Shown: positions 40,060 to 48,794 of the stretch, in pieces
Layout of the letters: each line of letters opens with the position of its first letter
How positions within the stretch are numbered: the stretch's first letter is position 1
From: Candidatus Parcubacteria bacterium
Lineage (GTDB): Bacteria; Patescibacteriota; Minisyncoccia; UBA6257; JAGOQP01
NCBI GenBank assembly: GCA_025999395.1
Contig: AP024682.1
Span: forward strand, 468,680-532,679
Direction: 5' to 3'
DNA: 64,000 bases
The notes under the pieces: generated by a model
What the model was told of the DNA's origin: nothing
Databases searched by the model: none
The model's input: the letters and a program-made list of their open reading frames with translations, nothing else
Translations under genes and position numbers: made by a program

Positions 40060-40938
40060 CTAAACCTCGCTAAAAATCCTTAACTTTTCTAAAACCACCT
40101 TTTCTACTTCATAAACCACCTCTGGAAGCAATTTATAGGGAACAATTTCATTAGGATGAGATAAAAGCGCCAAATCTAAACCTCTTTTCCAAGCTACTCT
40201 TAATTCCGTGCTGATATGAATAATAGAAGCTCCCGCTTTGATAGCAAGCTTAAGTTGCTCATTTGAAATTCCTGAGCCGCCATGAAGGACTAAAGGAACC
40301 CCGGCTACTTTTTTTATCTCGCTAATTCTTTCAATATCTAAACTAGGATTTAAAGCGCCCGCTAGCATTCCATGAAGATTTCCTACCGCTGGAGCCAATA
40401 AATCAATATTAGTTTCGCGAACAAATCTTTCCGCCTGCTCAGGAGTAGTTAAATCTTCTCTTTTAATGGCCGCTCCTTGGGGAATATCTTCTAAAATAAC
40501 CGAGCCACTACCAATGTAACCTAATTCTCCTTCTATCAAAATTTCCGTACCTTTTTGCTGATTATAATTTTTAACAAACTCAGCCGCCTCCTTAGTAAGC
40601 CTAAGATTTTCTTCAAAATCTTTTTGACCAGCATCAAAAAGAATAGCATCAAACCCTGCTTCCGCCGCTTCTTTAACCCTCTCTAAAGAATGAGTGTGAT
40701 CAGCATTCAAAAAAATAGGAAGGTTGTATTCCTCTCTCAAGCTTTTAATTAAAGCAACTGTCTGCTTTACCCCCAAAAAATCTCTTTCTCCCTCTGAGAC
40801 TCCAATAATCACCGGCAAATTAAGCTTTTGAGCAGCAGAAACAATCCCTTTTAAAATCGAAAAATCCGAGATGTTAAAATGACCGAGCGCTTGGCCTTTT
40901 TCGTGAGCTTGTTGAATAGCTTCTTTTAAAGTTATCAT
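40060..40938 (-). CDS. fba: Class II fructose-bisphosphate aldolase
   Basis: GHFN, NADH, EGELGYIG, AVGNLHG, PLVLHGGSG. Confidence 0.92.
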   Translation of the reverse strand: MITLKEAIQQAHEKGQALGHFNISDFSILKGIVSAAQKLNLPVIIGVSEGERDFLGVKQTVALIKSLREEYNLPIFLNADHTHSLERVKEAAEAGFDAILFDAGQKDFEENLRLTKEAAEFVKNYNQQKGTEILIEGELGYIGSGSVILEDIPQGAAIKREDLTTPEQAERFVRETNIDLLAPAVGNLHGMLAGALNPSLDIERISEIKKVAGVPLVLHGGSGISNEQLKLAIKAGASIIHISTELRVAWKRGLDLALLSHPNEIVPYKLLPEVVYEVEKVVLEKLRIFSEV

Positions 40939-41004
40939 TTTTCTTTTTAGTAGATTTTAAATCTTTGAAATTGGAATTTAAAAAAATATTGAAAACTTAA
41001 TTTT

Positions 41005-42270
41005 CTACTTTGACCAAATATTTTCCGGATCAAGGTAACCTTTAATGAGATTTTCTTTAATTAATTCCTCCATCTTTTCCCAGCCAACAAAAGAAGCAAA
41101 AATTTTATTCCACAGAGATTCTTGATGATGGTAAAGATATTTTACCATCTCCTTATTTTGGACCAAAGACATCGTGATATCAACCAGATTAAAGCTCACC
41201 AATACTTCTACTCCCGTTTCGGTAACAAAATAATCTCCCACCCAGTTAAGATCTTGCCAAAAATCAAAATTTTTTAATCCTAAAGAGTTTCCCAAAAGAG
41301 AAATACCCCTTTCGGCTTTTTCCCAGTGAAGAGCTTCGGGGTTCACATGAGGAAAACTCAGGCGCCAATCATTTTCATCATCTTTAGCTAAGTATCTTTG
41401 AATAATGAGCCAGTGATTATCTTTAACAGCATTGCGATCATCAATAACATCTCCCCGAATAAGAGAAGATAAAATGTCAGCAAAGACTTTCTCTGGCTGA
41501 AGAGCAGCCTTCTTAAAAAGTTCTGAATAAAAAGAAACTTCATTAAGATAATGAATAAGTAAGGCAACTGTTCTCATCAGCTGTCCCTTGGCTTCTATTT
41601 TGGTTGGAAGAATAAAAATTACTCCCAGTTCCTTAAGATGACTAATATTGTGATATTTCTTCTTCATAAAAGAAGTGGCAATCTCCTGCCATCTTTGATC
41701 TAAAGTAATAATTTCAATTTTTCTTTCTTCAAAATCCGAGGGAGATAAAGAAAGATAATGAGGCAAAAGTTTTTGATTTATCCAATCCCCTCCCTCCACA
41801 AATCTTAAAGCTGCTCCAATTTCCTTCCAGTCGTAGCGCTCAAACATTTGAGTAACCGAATCCAAACCCAACACTTCTAGAAGCTTTTGAGGAGGTTGAG
41901 CTTCAAGAATTCTAATAAAGCTTTCTTTCTTTAAAAAAAAGCCGTCAGGGAAAGAAAAGCTCTTTTCTAAGTAAGAGACAATGTCTAAACAACCTTGATG
42001 AAGATGACAATCAGGATAATTCATTGCCCGATTCAGAGAAGCATCATCTTTTTCCAGACGAGTTATTAAAGCCTGATAAACCTCTTTTGCCGAAGCAGAG
42101 AAAGAAAGATTAAGATCGGCTAAAACTTGCTTAATTCTTTCTTCGTTTTCCTTAGCAATTGTTTCAATAACTTTTGATTTCTTTGACAATCTCCCCAAGT
42201 AAGCCTCCAAAAAATAAATCACATCCTTATCGGTTCTTAAGATTCGAGCAATTTTTCTTAAATAATCCAT
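41005..42270 (-). CDS. Conserved-looking hypothetical protein within the sugar-phosphate operon
   Basis: 421 aa ORF tightly packed between pfkB and fba; motifs KKKYHNISHLKELG, HYLNE, HVNPEALHW, YLYHHQESLWN. Confidence 0.75.
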   Translation of the reverse strand: MDYLRKIARILRTDKDVIYFLEAYLGRLSKKSKVIETIAKENEERIKQVLADLNLSFSASAKEVYQALITRLEKDDASLNRAMNYPDCHLHQGCLDIVSYLEKSFSFPDGFFLKKESFIRILEAQPPQKLLEVLGLDSVTQMFERYDWKEIGAALRFVEGGDWINQKLLPHYLSLSPSDFEERKIEIITLDQRWQEIATSFMKKKYHNISHLKELGVIFILPTKIEAKGQLMRTVALLIHYLNEVSFYSELFKKAALQPEKVFADILSSLIRGDVIDDRNAVKDNHWLIIQRYLAKDDENDWRLSFPHVNPEALHWEKAERGISLLGNSLGLKNFDFWQDLNWVGDYFVTETGVEVLVSFNLVDITMSLVQNKEMVKYLYHHQESLWNKIFASFVGWEKMEELIKENLIKGYLDPENIWSK

Positions 42271-42277
42271 AAAAAAG

Positions 42278-43357
42278 TTATTTTAACTTTTTTATTAAAA
42301 TTTTAAGATTTTTCCATCTCTTTTGATGAGAAAAGTCTTTGGCGGTTAAAATTCCTTGATTAGCTCCCAAGTGTTCAATAACTGAAGTAGCGTTGGCACT
42401 AGCTTTTTTTAAGGCGTAAAAGATTTGTTTTTGATCGAAGAAGCCGTTTTTCTTGTAATTTTTATCCTTTGAAAAAAAATTTTTCTTTTCCCATTCTAAC
42501 AAGCCGGCCACAAAGCCACTGCCAAAAGCATCACCAGCACCCGTTCGATCAACAACTCTTTTTTCTTTAAAAACACCCGCTTGGTAAAGAATTTTTCCAT
42601 CAGAAACATAGGCTCCTTTTTCTCCATCAGTCATAACTGCCACCCCAGAAACAGATTCATCCAATTTTTTAAAAATCTCTTTTGTTTTCAAGTAGTTAAT
42701 TCCTGTTAAATAAGAAGCTTCTTCTCGATTAAGAAAGACCACTTGGCACCAGTTAAAAATTTTTCGAAGACGACGAATCCCTTTCTCTAACATATCCTTA
42801 GAAGGATTAAGAGCAATTTTGGCTCCTCTTTTTTTAAGAAGAGAAAGGACTCTTTCTATTACAGGAAAAGGAATACTTCCAGAGGCTACATAAACCCAAG
42901 AAGCAAAAAGTTTATCGTAAGGTATTTCTTTTAAAGTAATTTGACCTGAGCATCCTCGACTGACTAAAACTGTTCTTTCTCCCGTTTTATTAAGCAAGAT
43001 AAAAGACTGGCCTGATGACCTTTTTTTATCAACGATCACTAAGGGAGTAATTTTTTCTTTCTTGGTATTTTGAAGAATCAACTTTCCCCAATAATCATCG
43101 CCAATATTAAAGAGAGTGGCCGTTTTAAATCCGTGGCGAGCAAAAGTTACCGCCGCGTTGAAAGCTCCTCCTCCAATAGAAACAAAAGGCTCTGCTATCT
43201 CAATTTTAGAACCCAAAGAAAAACACTGAGCCTTTCCGGTTTTAAACCCTAAAAGAGAAAGGTGGCGAAAATCACTGATTGTTTTAAAATCATTTTTAAT
43301 AAAAACATCAACAGTAGCAGTTCCAATAGTTAAAACATCGAACTTATTTTTATTCAT
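42278..43357 (-). CDS. PfkB-family carbohydrate kinase
   Basis: GGGAFNAA, NPS, FLNREEA, DRTGAGDAFGSGF. Confidence 0.93.
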   Translation of the reverse strand: MNKNKFDVLTIGTATVDVFIKNDFKTISDFRHLSLLGFKTGKAQCFSLGSKIEIAEPFVSIGGGAFNAAVTFARHGFKTATLFNIGDDYWGKLILQNTKKEKITPLVIVDKKRSSGQSFILLNKTGERTVLVSRGCSGQITLKEIPYDKLFASWVYVASGSIPFPVIERVLSLLKKRGAKIALNPSKDMLEKGIRRLRKIFNWCQVVFLNREEASYLTGINYLKTKEIFKKLDESVSGVAVMTDGEKGAYVSDGKILYQAGVFKEKRVVDRTGAGDAFGSGFVAGLLEWEKKNFFSKDKNYKKNGFFDQKQIFYALKKASANATSVIEHLGANQGILTAKDFSHQKRWKNLKILIKKLK

Positions 43358-43381
43358 TGATTATTTTTTAGAACAAAATTT

Positions 43382-44377
43382 TTATAGCTTTCTTTTCAAA
43401 ACTTTTTTAGTAGCCAAGATGATATCCTTCACATCCAAGTGATATTTTTTCCAGAGCTCGTAAATTTTTCCTGATTGACCAAAAACATCTTTAATTCCTA
43501 CAAACTCCATCGGTACTGGATATTCTTGAGCCAACACTTCTGCAACTGCTGAACCCACTCCTCCCAAAACATTATGCTCTTCTACCGTTACCACTGCTTT
43601 TGCTTTCTTTGCCCAATCAACAATTGCTTTTTTATCTAAAGGTTTAATCGTATGAAGATTAATCACCACACTTTTTATCTTCTGGTTTTCTAATTCTTTA
43701 GCGGCTAAAAGAGCATTGTAAAGCAGGGGCCCAGCTCCAATAATGGCTACATCTAAAGTCTTCCCTTTAGAAATCCAAAGAGGATAACTTTTTCCAAAAA
43801 CAAAAGGTGTTTCTGGAGTAGTTAAAAGAGGGGTTTTTTCTCGCGCCAAACGAAGATAGACCGGTCCCCAAATAAAAACTGAAGCCAATGTTGCTTTTCT
43901 TGCTTCTTCAGCATCACAGGGAACCACCACTTTCATATTAGGTATTGAACGCATTAAAGCGATATCTTCAATTGCTTGATGAGTAGCACCATCAGGTCCA
44001 GTAGAAATTCCGGCGTGATGGCCAGCGATTTTTACATTAGCATCGTTATAAGCAATAGTAGTTCTAATTTGCTCCCAATTTCTGCCCGGAGAAAAAGTAG
44101 CGTAAGAATTAATGAAAGGAATTTTCCCAGAAATTCCTAATCCTGCGGCAATTGCCGCCATATTTTGTTCAGCCACTCCACATTCAATAAATCTTTCCGG
44201 ATAAACTTTTTTAAACCACTGGCAGCGGGTAGATTCTTCCAAATCAGCGGTTAAGACAACAACATTCCTTTCTTTTCCGGCTTCCAAAAGGCCTTTGCCG
44301 TAGCCATCCCGCAAAGCTTCCTGACCAGGATCTTTATCGAAGATTTTATGATTAGGATAAATTTCCAAATTAAGCAT
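43382..44377 (-). CDS. Transketolase, C-terminal (pyrimidine-binding) subunit
   Basis: ECGVAEQNM, GPDGATHQAIED, GPVYLRL, TVEEHNVLGGVGSAVAE. Confidence 0.95.
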   Translation of the reverse strand: MLNLEIYPNHKIFDKDPGQEALRDGYGKGLLEAGKERNVVVLTADLEESTRCQWFKKVYPERFIECGVAEQNMAAIAAGLGISGKIPFINSYATFSPGRNWEQIRTTIAYNDANVKIAGHHAGISTGPDGATHQAIEDIALMRSIPNMKVVVPCDAEEARKATLASVFIWGPVYLRLAREKTPLLTTPETPFVFGKSYPLWISKGKTLDVAIIGAGPLLYNALLAAKELENQKIKSVVINLHTIKPLDKKAIVDWAKKAKAVVTVEEHNVLGGVGSAVAEVLAQEYPVPMEFVGIKDVFGQSGKIYELWKKYHLDVKDIILATKKVLKRKL

Positions 44378-44420
44378 AAGAAAAAGTTTTGATTAAAAAC
44401 TTTTTATCTCTTTAAAATTC

Positions 44421-44753
44421 TTACAAACTCTTTTTAGCTAATCTCCAATGGTAAAGAAATAAAGGCGTCCCTACCAAAATCATTGCCAAAGCATTGGCTG
44501 CCTGCCGCTGACGTCGACTAGCCAAATCGTTTTTTTGAAACTCTTCCAACTCTTTAGGATCGGGCTCTTTTAAAGTATTTTCTTTTTCAGAAATAACTTT
44601 TGGCGCCGGATAATTGTAGTAAATATCGGCTTTAGTAAAAACCCAGGTTTTTAAAGCAAGATTAGTAAGCTGAACTCCCCCTATAATTAACAAAACCAGT
44701 CCCACTGCTGAAAAAAGATAAATGTAAATTTTTTTCACCCATTCGATATTCAT
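44421..44753 (-). CDS. Small two-TM membrane protein (DUF5671-like)
   Basis: IYIYLFSAVGL TM ... ALAMILVGTPLFLYHWR. Confidence 0.7.
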   Translation of the reverse strand: MNIEWVKKIYIYLFSAVGLVLLIIGGVQLTNLALKTWVFTKADIYYNYPAPKVISEKENTLKEPDPKELEEFQKNDLASRRQRQAANALAMILVGTPLFLYHWRLAKKSL

Positions 44754-44775
44754 ATTTTTAAAAAATTAATTTTAT

Positions 44776-45633
44776 TTAATCGTGTTCCGATTTAATTTTC
44801 CCTCCCAATCGACGCAGTTGACGCAAAGCTTCTTTGGCTTGTTCTTTGGTAGGAGGAATTCCATGCCATTGATACTTTTGCTCCATAAAGCTTACTCCTT
44901 TACCCGGGATAGTGTGAGCAATAATCACCGTTGGCTTTTCATAGACAGCTTTGGCTTCTAAAACTGCTGCTACAAATTCTTCTATGTCGTGGCCGTTAAC
45001 ATCGATTACATTCCATCCAAAAGCTTGATATTTATCTCGCAAAGGTTCCAGAGGCATAACATCTTCTGTGTAGCCATCAATTTGAATGTTGTTTCTATCT
45101 ATAATAGCAGTTAAGTTGCTTAAGCGGTTTTTTCCTGCAAACATTACCGCTTCCCAAACATTTCCTTCTTGATGCTCACCATCAGACATAATTACATAGG
45201 TGTGATAGCGCGCCCCATCTAGCCGAGCCGCTAAAGCTACTCCAATTGCCTGAGAAAGACCGCTTCCCAAAGGTCCAGAAGTAGTTTCTACTCCGGACAA
45301 ACTTTTGCGATGAGGATGCCCTTGAAGACGAGAACCAAGTTTTCTTAAAGTTTTTAATTCTTTCAAAGGAAAATATCCCGCCCGCGCTAAAGTAGCATAA
45401 AGAATGGGACAAATATGCCCATTAGAAAGAATTAGCCTATCTCTTTGAGGCCAAGAAGGTTCTTTGGGCCGATGGTTTAAAATAAAAAAATACATTGCAG
45501 CAAAAACTTCTGCCATTCCCAAAGGCCCTGCTGAGTGCCCGGAGCCAGCCTCAGTTAGCATTTCAATCACATCTTCCCTAAGACGATTAGCGGTTTTATA
45601 TAGTTCTTTTAGGCGATGATAAGAAAGAAGCAT
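44776..45633 (-). CDS. Transketolase, N-terminal (ThDP-binding) subunit
   Basis: AGSGH, RDRLILSNGH, LQGHP, SGPLGSGLS, SDGEHQEG...N, HTIPGKG, WHG. Confidence 0.95.
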   Translation of the reverse strand: MLLSYHRLKELYKTANRLREDVIEMLTEAGSGHSAGPLGMAEVFAAMYFFILNHRPKEPSWPQRDRLILSNGHICPILYATLARAGYFPLKELKTLRKLGSRLQGHPHRKSLSGVETTSGPLGSGLSQAIGVALAARLDGARYHTYVIMSDGEHQEGNVWEAVMFAGKNRLSNLTAIIDRNNIQIDGYTEDVMPLEPLRDKYQAFGWNVIDVNGHDIEEFVAAVLEAKAVYEKPTVIIAHTIPGKGVSFMEQKYQWHGIPPTKEQAKEALRQLRRLGGKIKSEHD

Positions 45634-45636
45634 AAG

Positions 45637-46269
45637 TTAAATTTTTTTCAATTCCCAAAATCTTTCTTGGGGGTTTTTTGATTTCCAAATATAAGAAGAA
45701 GAAACAATTATATTTGCACCTGCTTTTTTTACTTTTTGCGCTACTTCTGGATTAATGCCTCCATCTACTGATATTGTAGCATAAGGATACTTTTTTCTCA
45801 AAAATTTAATAATTTTTAAGGCTTGAGGGCTAAATTTTTGAGCTGAGGGACCGGGAGAAACAGCTAACACCTGAATAAACCTAATCCCTTGAGGAAGAGA
45901 AAACCGAGAAGAAAAATAATCAGCTTCTACCACTACTCCTAAAATTTTTTTATGCTTTCGAGCTGCTTTTTTTAAAAAATTCCAATCTTCTACCTGACGC
46001 CAATAAAAGAGTAACCTTTTAAAAGGAGAATGAAACCAACCAAGGTTATAAATTTCTTCCTTATTTATCATCAAATCCCCTTCAAATTTAAAATAATCAG
46101 AGTATTTTCTTAGAATTTTAAAATCAAAAAAAGAATGACTTCGGGCAAAAGGCTTTTGAGAAATATCAATACTTACCCAAGAATTTTTTGGAAGAAAAGA
46201 TTTAGCTAGCGAAAGTCTTTTTTCAAAACAGCCTTTGGTTGAGCAATTAATTACCGGAAAAACCTTCAT
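45637..46269 (-). CDS. rpe: Ribulose-phosphate 3-epimerase-like protein with a degenerate metal site
   Basis: VSPGPSAQKF, ISVDGGIN, AGANIIVSSSYI; between rpiB and tkt; both His ligands missing. Confidence 0.75.
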   Translation of the reverse strand: MKVFPVINCSTKGCFEKRLSLAKSFLPKNSWVSIDISQKPFARSHSFFDFKILRKYSDYFKFEGDLMINKEEIYNLGWFHSPFKRLLFYWRQVEDWNFLKKAARKHKKILGVVVEADYFSSRFSLPQGIRFIQVLAVSPGPSAQKFSPQALKIIKFLRKKYPYATISVDGGINPEVAQKVKKAGANIIVSSSYIWKSKNPQERFWELKKI

Positions 46270-46274
46270 AAAAA

Positions 46275-46742
46275 TTACTCAAAGTAATTAAGAGTCTTTG
46301 CTTCTAAGTCGTTTAATTTTTCTAATCGCCTTTGATGATGAGGATTTTGATCAAATTGAGTTTGTAACCAAACAAAAACAATTTTTTTAGCCACTTCTTC
46401 ATCAAGAAAATCAGCCGGCAAAACCAAAACATTAGCATCATCATGAGCACGAGCAAGCATTGCCTGATCAGGAGAAAAACACAAAGAGGCTCTCACATTT
46501 CTAAATTTGTTAGCAACCACATCCATCCCCACTCCCGAGCCACAGATTAAAATTCCTTTGCCAAAAGAAGGATCTTTGCTTACCTCTTTCGCAACCGCAA
46601 TCGCAAAATCAACATAATCATCGCTTTCGTCCTTCTCTTTATTTCCAAAATCGGCTACTTCATACCCAGCATCTTTAAGATGTTTCTTTAAAGATTCTTT
46701 TAAGAAGAATCCGCGATGATCAGCAGCAAGATAGATTAACAT
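46275..46742 (-). CDS. rpiB: Ribose-5-phosphate isomerase B
   Basis: AADHRGF, DDYVD, GILICGSGVGM, ANK, AHDDANVL, HQRR. Confidence 0.95.
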   Translation of the reverse strand: MLIYLAADHRGFFLKESLKKHLKDAGYEVADFGNKEKDESDDYVDFAIAVAKEVSKDPSFGKGILICGSGVGMDVVANKFRNVRASLCFSPDQAMLARAHDDANVLVLPADFLDEEVAKKIVFVWLQTQFDQNPHHQRRLEKLNDLEAKTLNYFE

Positions 46743-46767
46743 AACTTTATTATAACTTAGTTTCTAA

Positions 46768-46812
46768 AATTAACAAAAACTACTCCCTGCCGGGAGATAG
46801 TTTTTGTTAATT
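46768..46812. terminator. Long inverted repeat/terminator between the surface-protein gene and rpiB
   Basis: AATTAACAAAAACTA-CTCCC...GGGAG-A-TAGTTTTTGTTAATT. Confidence 0.75.
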
Positions 46813-46832
46813 TGAAATCGCTAATCTAGCAG

Positions 46833-48602
46833 TTAACGAATCTTCTCTAAAATTTCAAGAAGAAGAGATTTGGCCGATTCCAAAACACTCGCCATTTGAC
46901 CTTCAATTGAATCACTAGAAGAATTTTGCTCTAATTTTTCTTCACCTGTTTCTCCTACATTTACACTAATACTAGTTTTTGCACTAGCTCCTTTGTCATC
47001 AGTTACTGTAAATGTTGGGTTATAGATTCCCGCTTTACTATAAGAATGAGTAAAGGTTGCTGATTGCTGGAAGGAAGCAGAAGAAGGAGCTGCTTGCATT
47101 CCTGTTGCTGTAGCTTCATCTCCCCAAATTACCGAATAACGCAAACTTCCATTTTCTGGATCAGAAGCTTTAACTGTCCAGGTTCCCTGTTGATTAACTG
47201 AAAGAGTAGTTGGACCATCAACTTCATGAATTACTGGAGGTTGATTAGCGGTGGTAGTGCCGCTTGTAATTTTGAAGTAACCGTCACTAGAATCACATCT
47301 ATCGTTTGTCTCACTTTGACAAACTTGAATTCTATAAGAACCATCAGGTGCTATAATGCTTGTACCACTATAATTTATAACCTTGCCAACCGACCACTTG
47401 TACGAAAAACCTTCTACTTTTTTAGCAATAACATAAGGCATGACAGCATACATCGGACAAACGCTTCCTGTACAAGGCTGAAATTCCGGAATTAACCTGA
47501 TATCCCAGAATTTTGGTGCTGGAGGAGAACATTCGGCTCCCGATGGGCAGCTTGGCACAGGTGTATTATCTCGCCAGTTAATTACTTGCGTTGTTCCCTT
47601 TACCCAAGTTTCTCCTCCGTTAGGAGAAAGAACAGTAACAACAGAAGAGGTAGGTAAAGAAGACCCCTCGTAAGCTTCAACCTCATAAGCTACAAGGCCG
47701 TTAAAGCCGCCTTCCAATTTTATGTATTCAAGATACCCCTTAATCACTACTTGCTGATTTTCCAGCTTTTTAAGTTTTTCTAAAACATTATCATTAGCCG
47801 CTTTGACACGATAAAGTACCGATACTGGCAAACAAGGAGCTTTTACACAAATAACCTGCTCTTGTGTGGAAAGAGTGTGGGTTCCCCACATATAAATACT
47901 TGGTTCCGCTGCCTTCAAGAAACCAATAAATCTCTTCATCATTCCCCTTTCCAATGGTGGTTGTGAAGGAGTAATTCCTCCTGTTTCGGGAGGCATTACT
48001 TTTGGTGGAACACCCGGAGAAATTGTTTCACAGCCATACAATGCATTTAACTTTGCTCGAGTTGATTTACCAACAAGCCCAGTAGGATATTTTAATCCCA
48101 AAGGATCAAGAATTTCGCTGCGATATTTTTCTTGAAAACCACTTACTGCTGACGCAGTCGCTTCGCCAAACACTCCTGATTCTCTTTCTTCTCTTAAATT
48201 AAAACCCTCAGCTTCTAAAATTCTTTGAAGAGCTAAAACTGCCTCGCCCCGGCTTCCTAAAGAAAGATTAAAGTTAAAGTTATAACACAATCGGTTATCC
48301 CTCGAAGGAGGAACAACAACTCCCATCGGTGGCACTTTTGTTGCCGAGGAATCAAAAGTTTTTCCTTCTTCTTTTAAAGAATCTTCCTTACCCCCTTCTC
48401 TTACAGGCGGTCCCAAAAAGATGGGAGTTTTCAATGAGGCTCGCACCTGCTGAAGTTGAGCTTGTAGTTGAGAAACCATTCTCATTAATTCTTGAATTTT
48501 TGCCTCCAAAGAAGTTAGCTCACTTTGAGCAAAGGCTTTCCCTTGAAAGAAAGCTACACCCAAGCCAAGAACAATTACAAAAAACAAAAATTTTTTAGTC
48601 AT
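46833..48602 (-). CDS. Secreted surface protein: coiled coil, peptidoglycan-binding-like domain, Ig-like and PKD-like domains
   Basis: Signal peptide ending AFA; NLSLGSRGEAVLALQRIL...FGEATASAVSGFQ...TGLVGKSTRAKLN; VLSPNGGETW; WGD...FTHSYSKAGIYNPTFTVTDDKG. Confidence 0.8.
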   Translation of the reverse strand: MTKKFLFFVIVLGLGVAFFQGKAFAQSELTSLEAKIQELMRMVSQLQAQLQQVRASLKTPIFLGPPVREGGKEDSLKEEGKTFDSSATKVPPMGVVVPPSRDNRLCYNFNFNLSLGSRGEAVLALQRILEAEGFNLREERESGVFGEATASAVSGFQEKYRSEILDPLGLKYPTGLVGKSTRAKLNALYGCETISPGVPPKVMPPETGGITPSQPPLERGMMKRFIGFLKAAEPSIYMWGTHTLSTQEQVICVKAPCLPVSVLYRVKAANDNVLEKLKKLENQQVVIKGYLEYIKLEGGFNGLVAYEVEAYEGSSLPTSSVVTVLSPNGGETWVKGTTQVINWRDNTPVPSCPSGAECSPPAPKFWDIRLIPEFQPCTGSVCPMYAVMPYVIAKKVEGFSYKWSVGKVINYSGTSIIAPDGSYRIQVCQSETNDRCDSSDGYFKITSGTTTANQPPVIHEVDGPTTLSVNQQGTWTVKASDPENGSLRYSVIWGDEATATGMQAAPSSASFQQSATFTHSYSKAGIYNPTFTVTDDKGASAKTSISVNVGETGEEKLEQNSSSDSIEGQMASVLESAKSLLLEILEKIR

Positions 48603-48794
48603 ATTTTTAATTAAAAATAATCAATAATAAAAAGTTAAGTTGAATAAATTTAAAAACGACCTTTGAAAAATCATTTTGAAGATTATAGCAGAATGCCTAA
48701 ATTTTACTACTTCCCTCTATAAAAACCAATATTCTGCTCTCGGTAGTGAATAAAAATCTCCCTATAATATAAATGTCAAGGGTTAGTTAACGTT

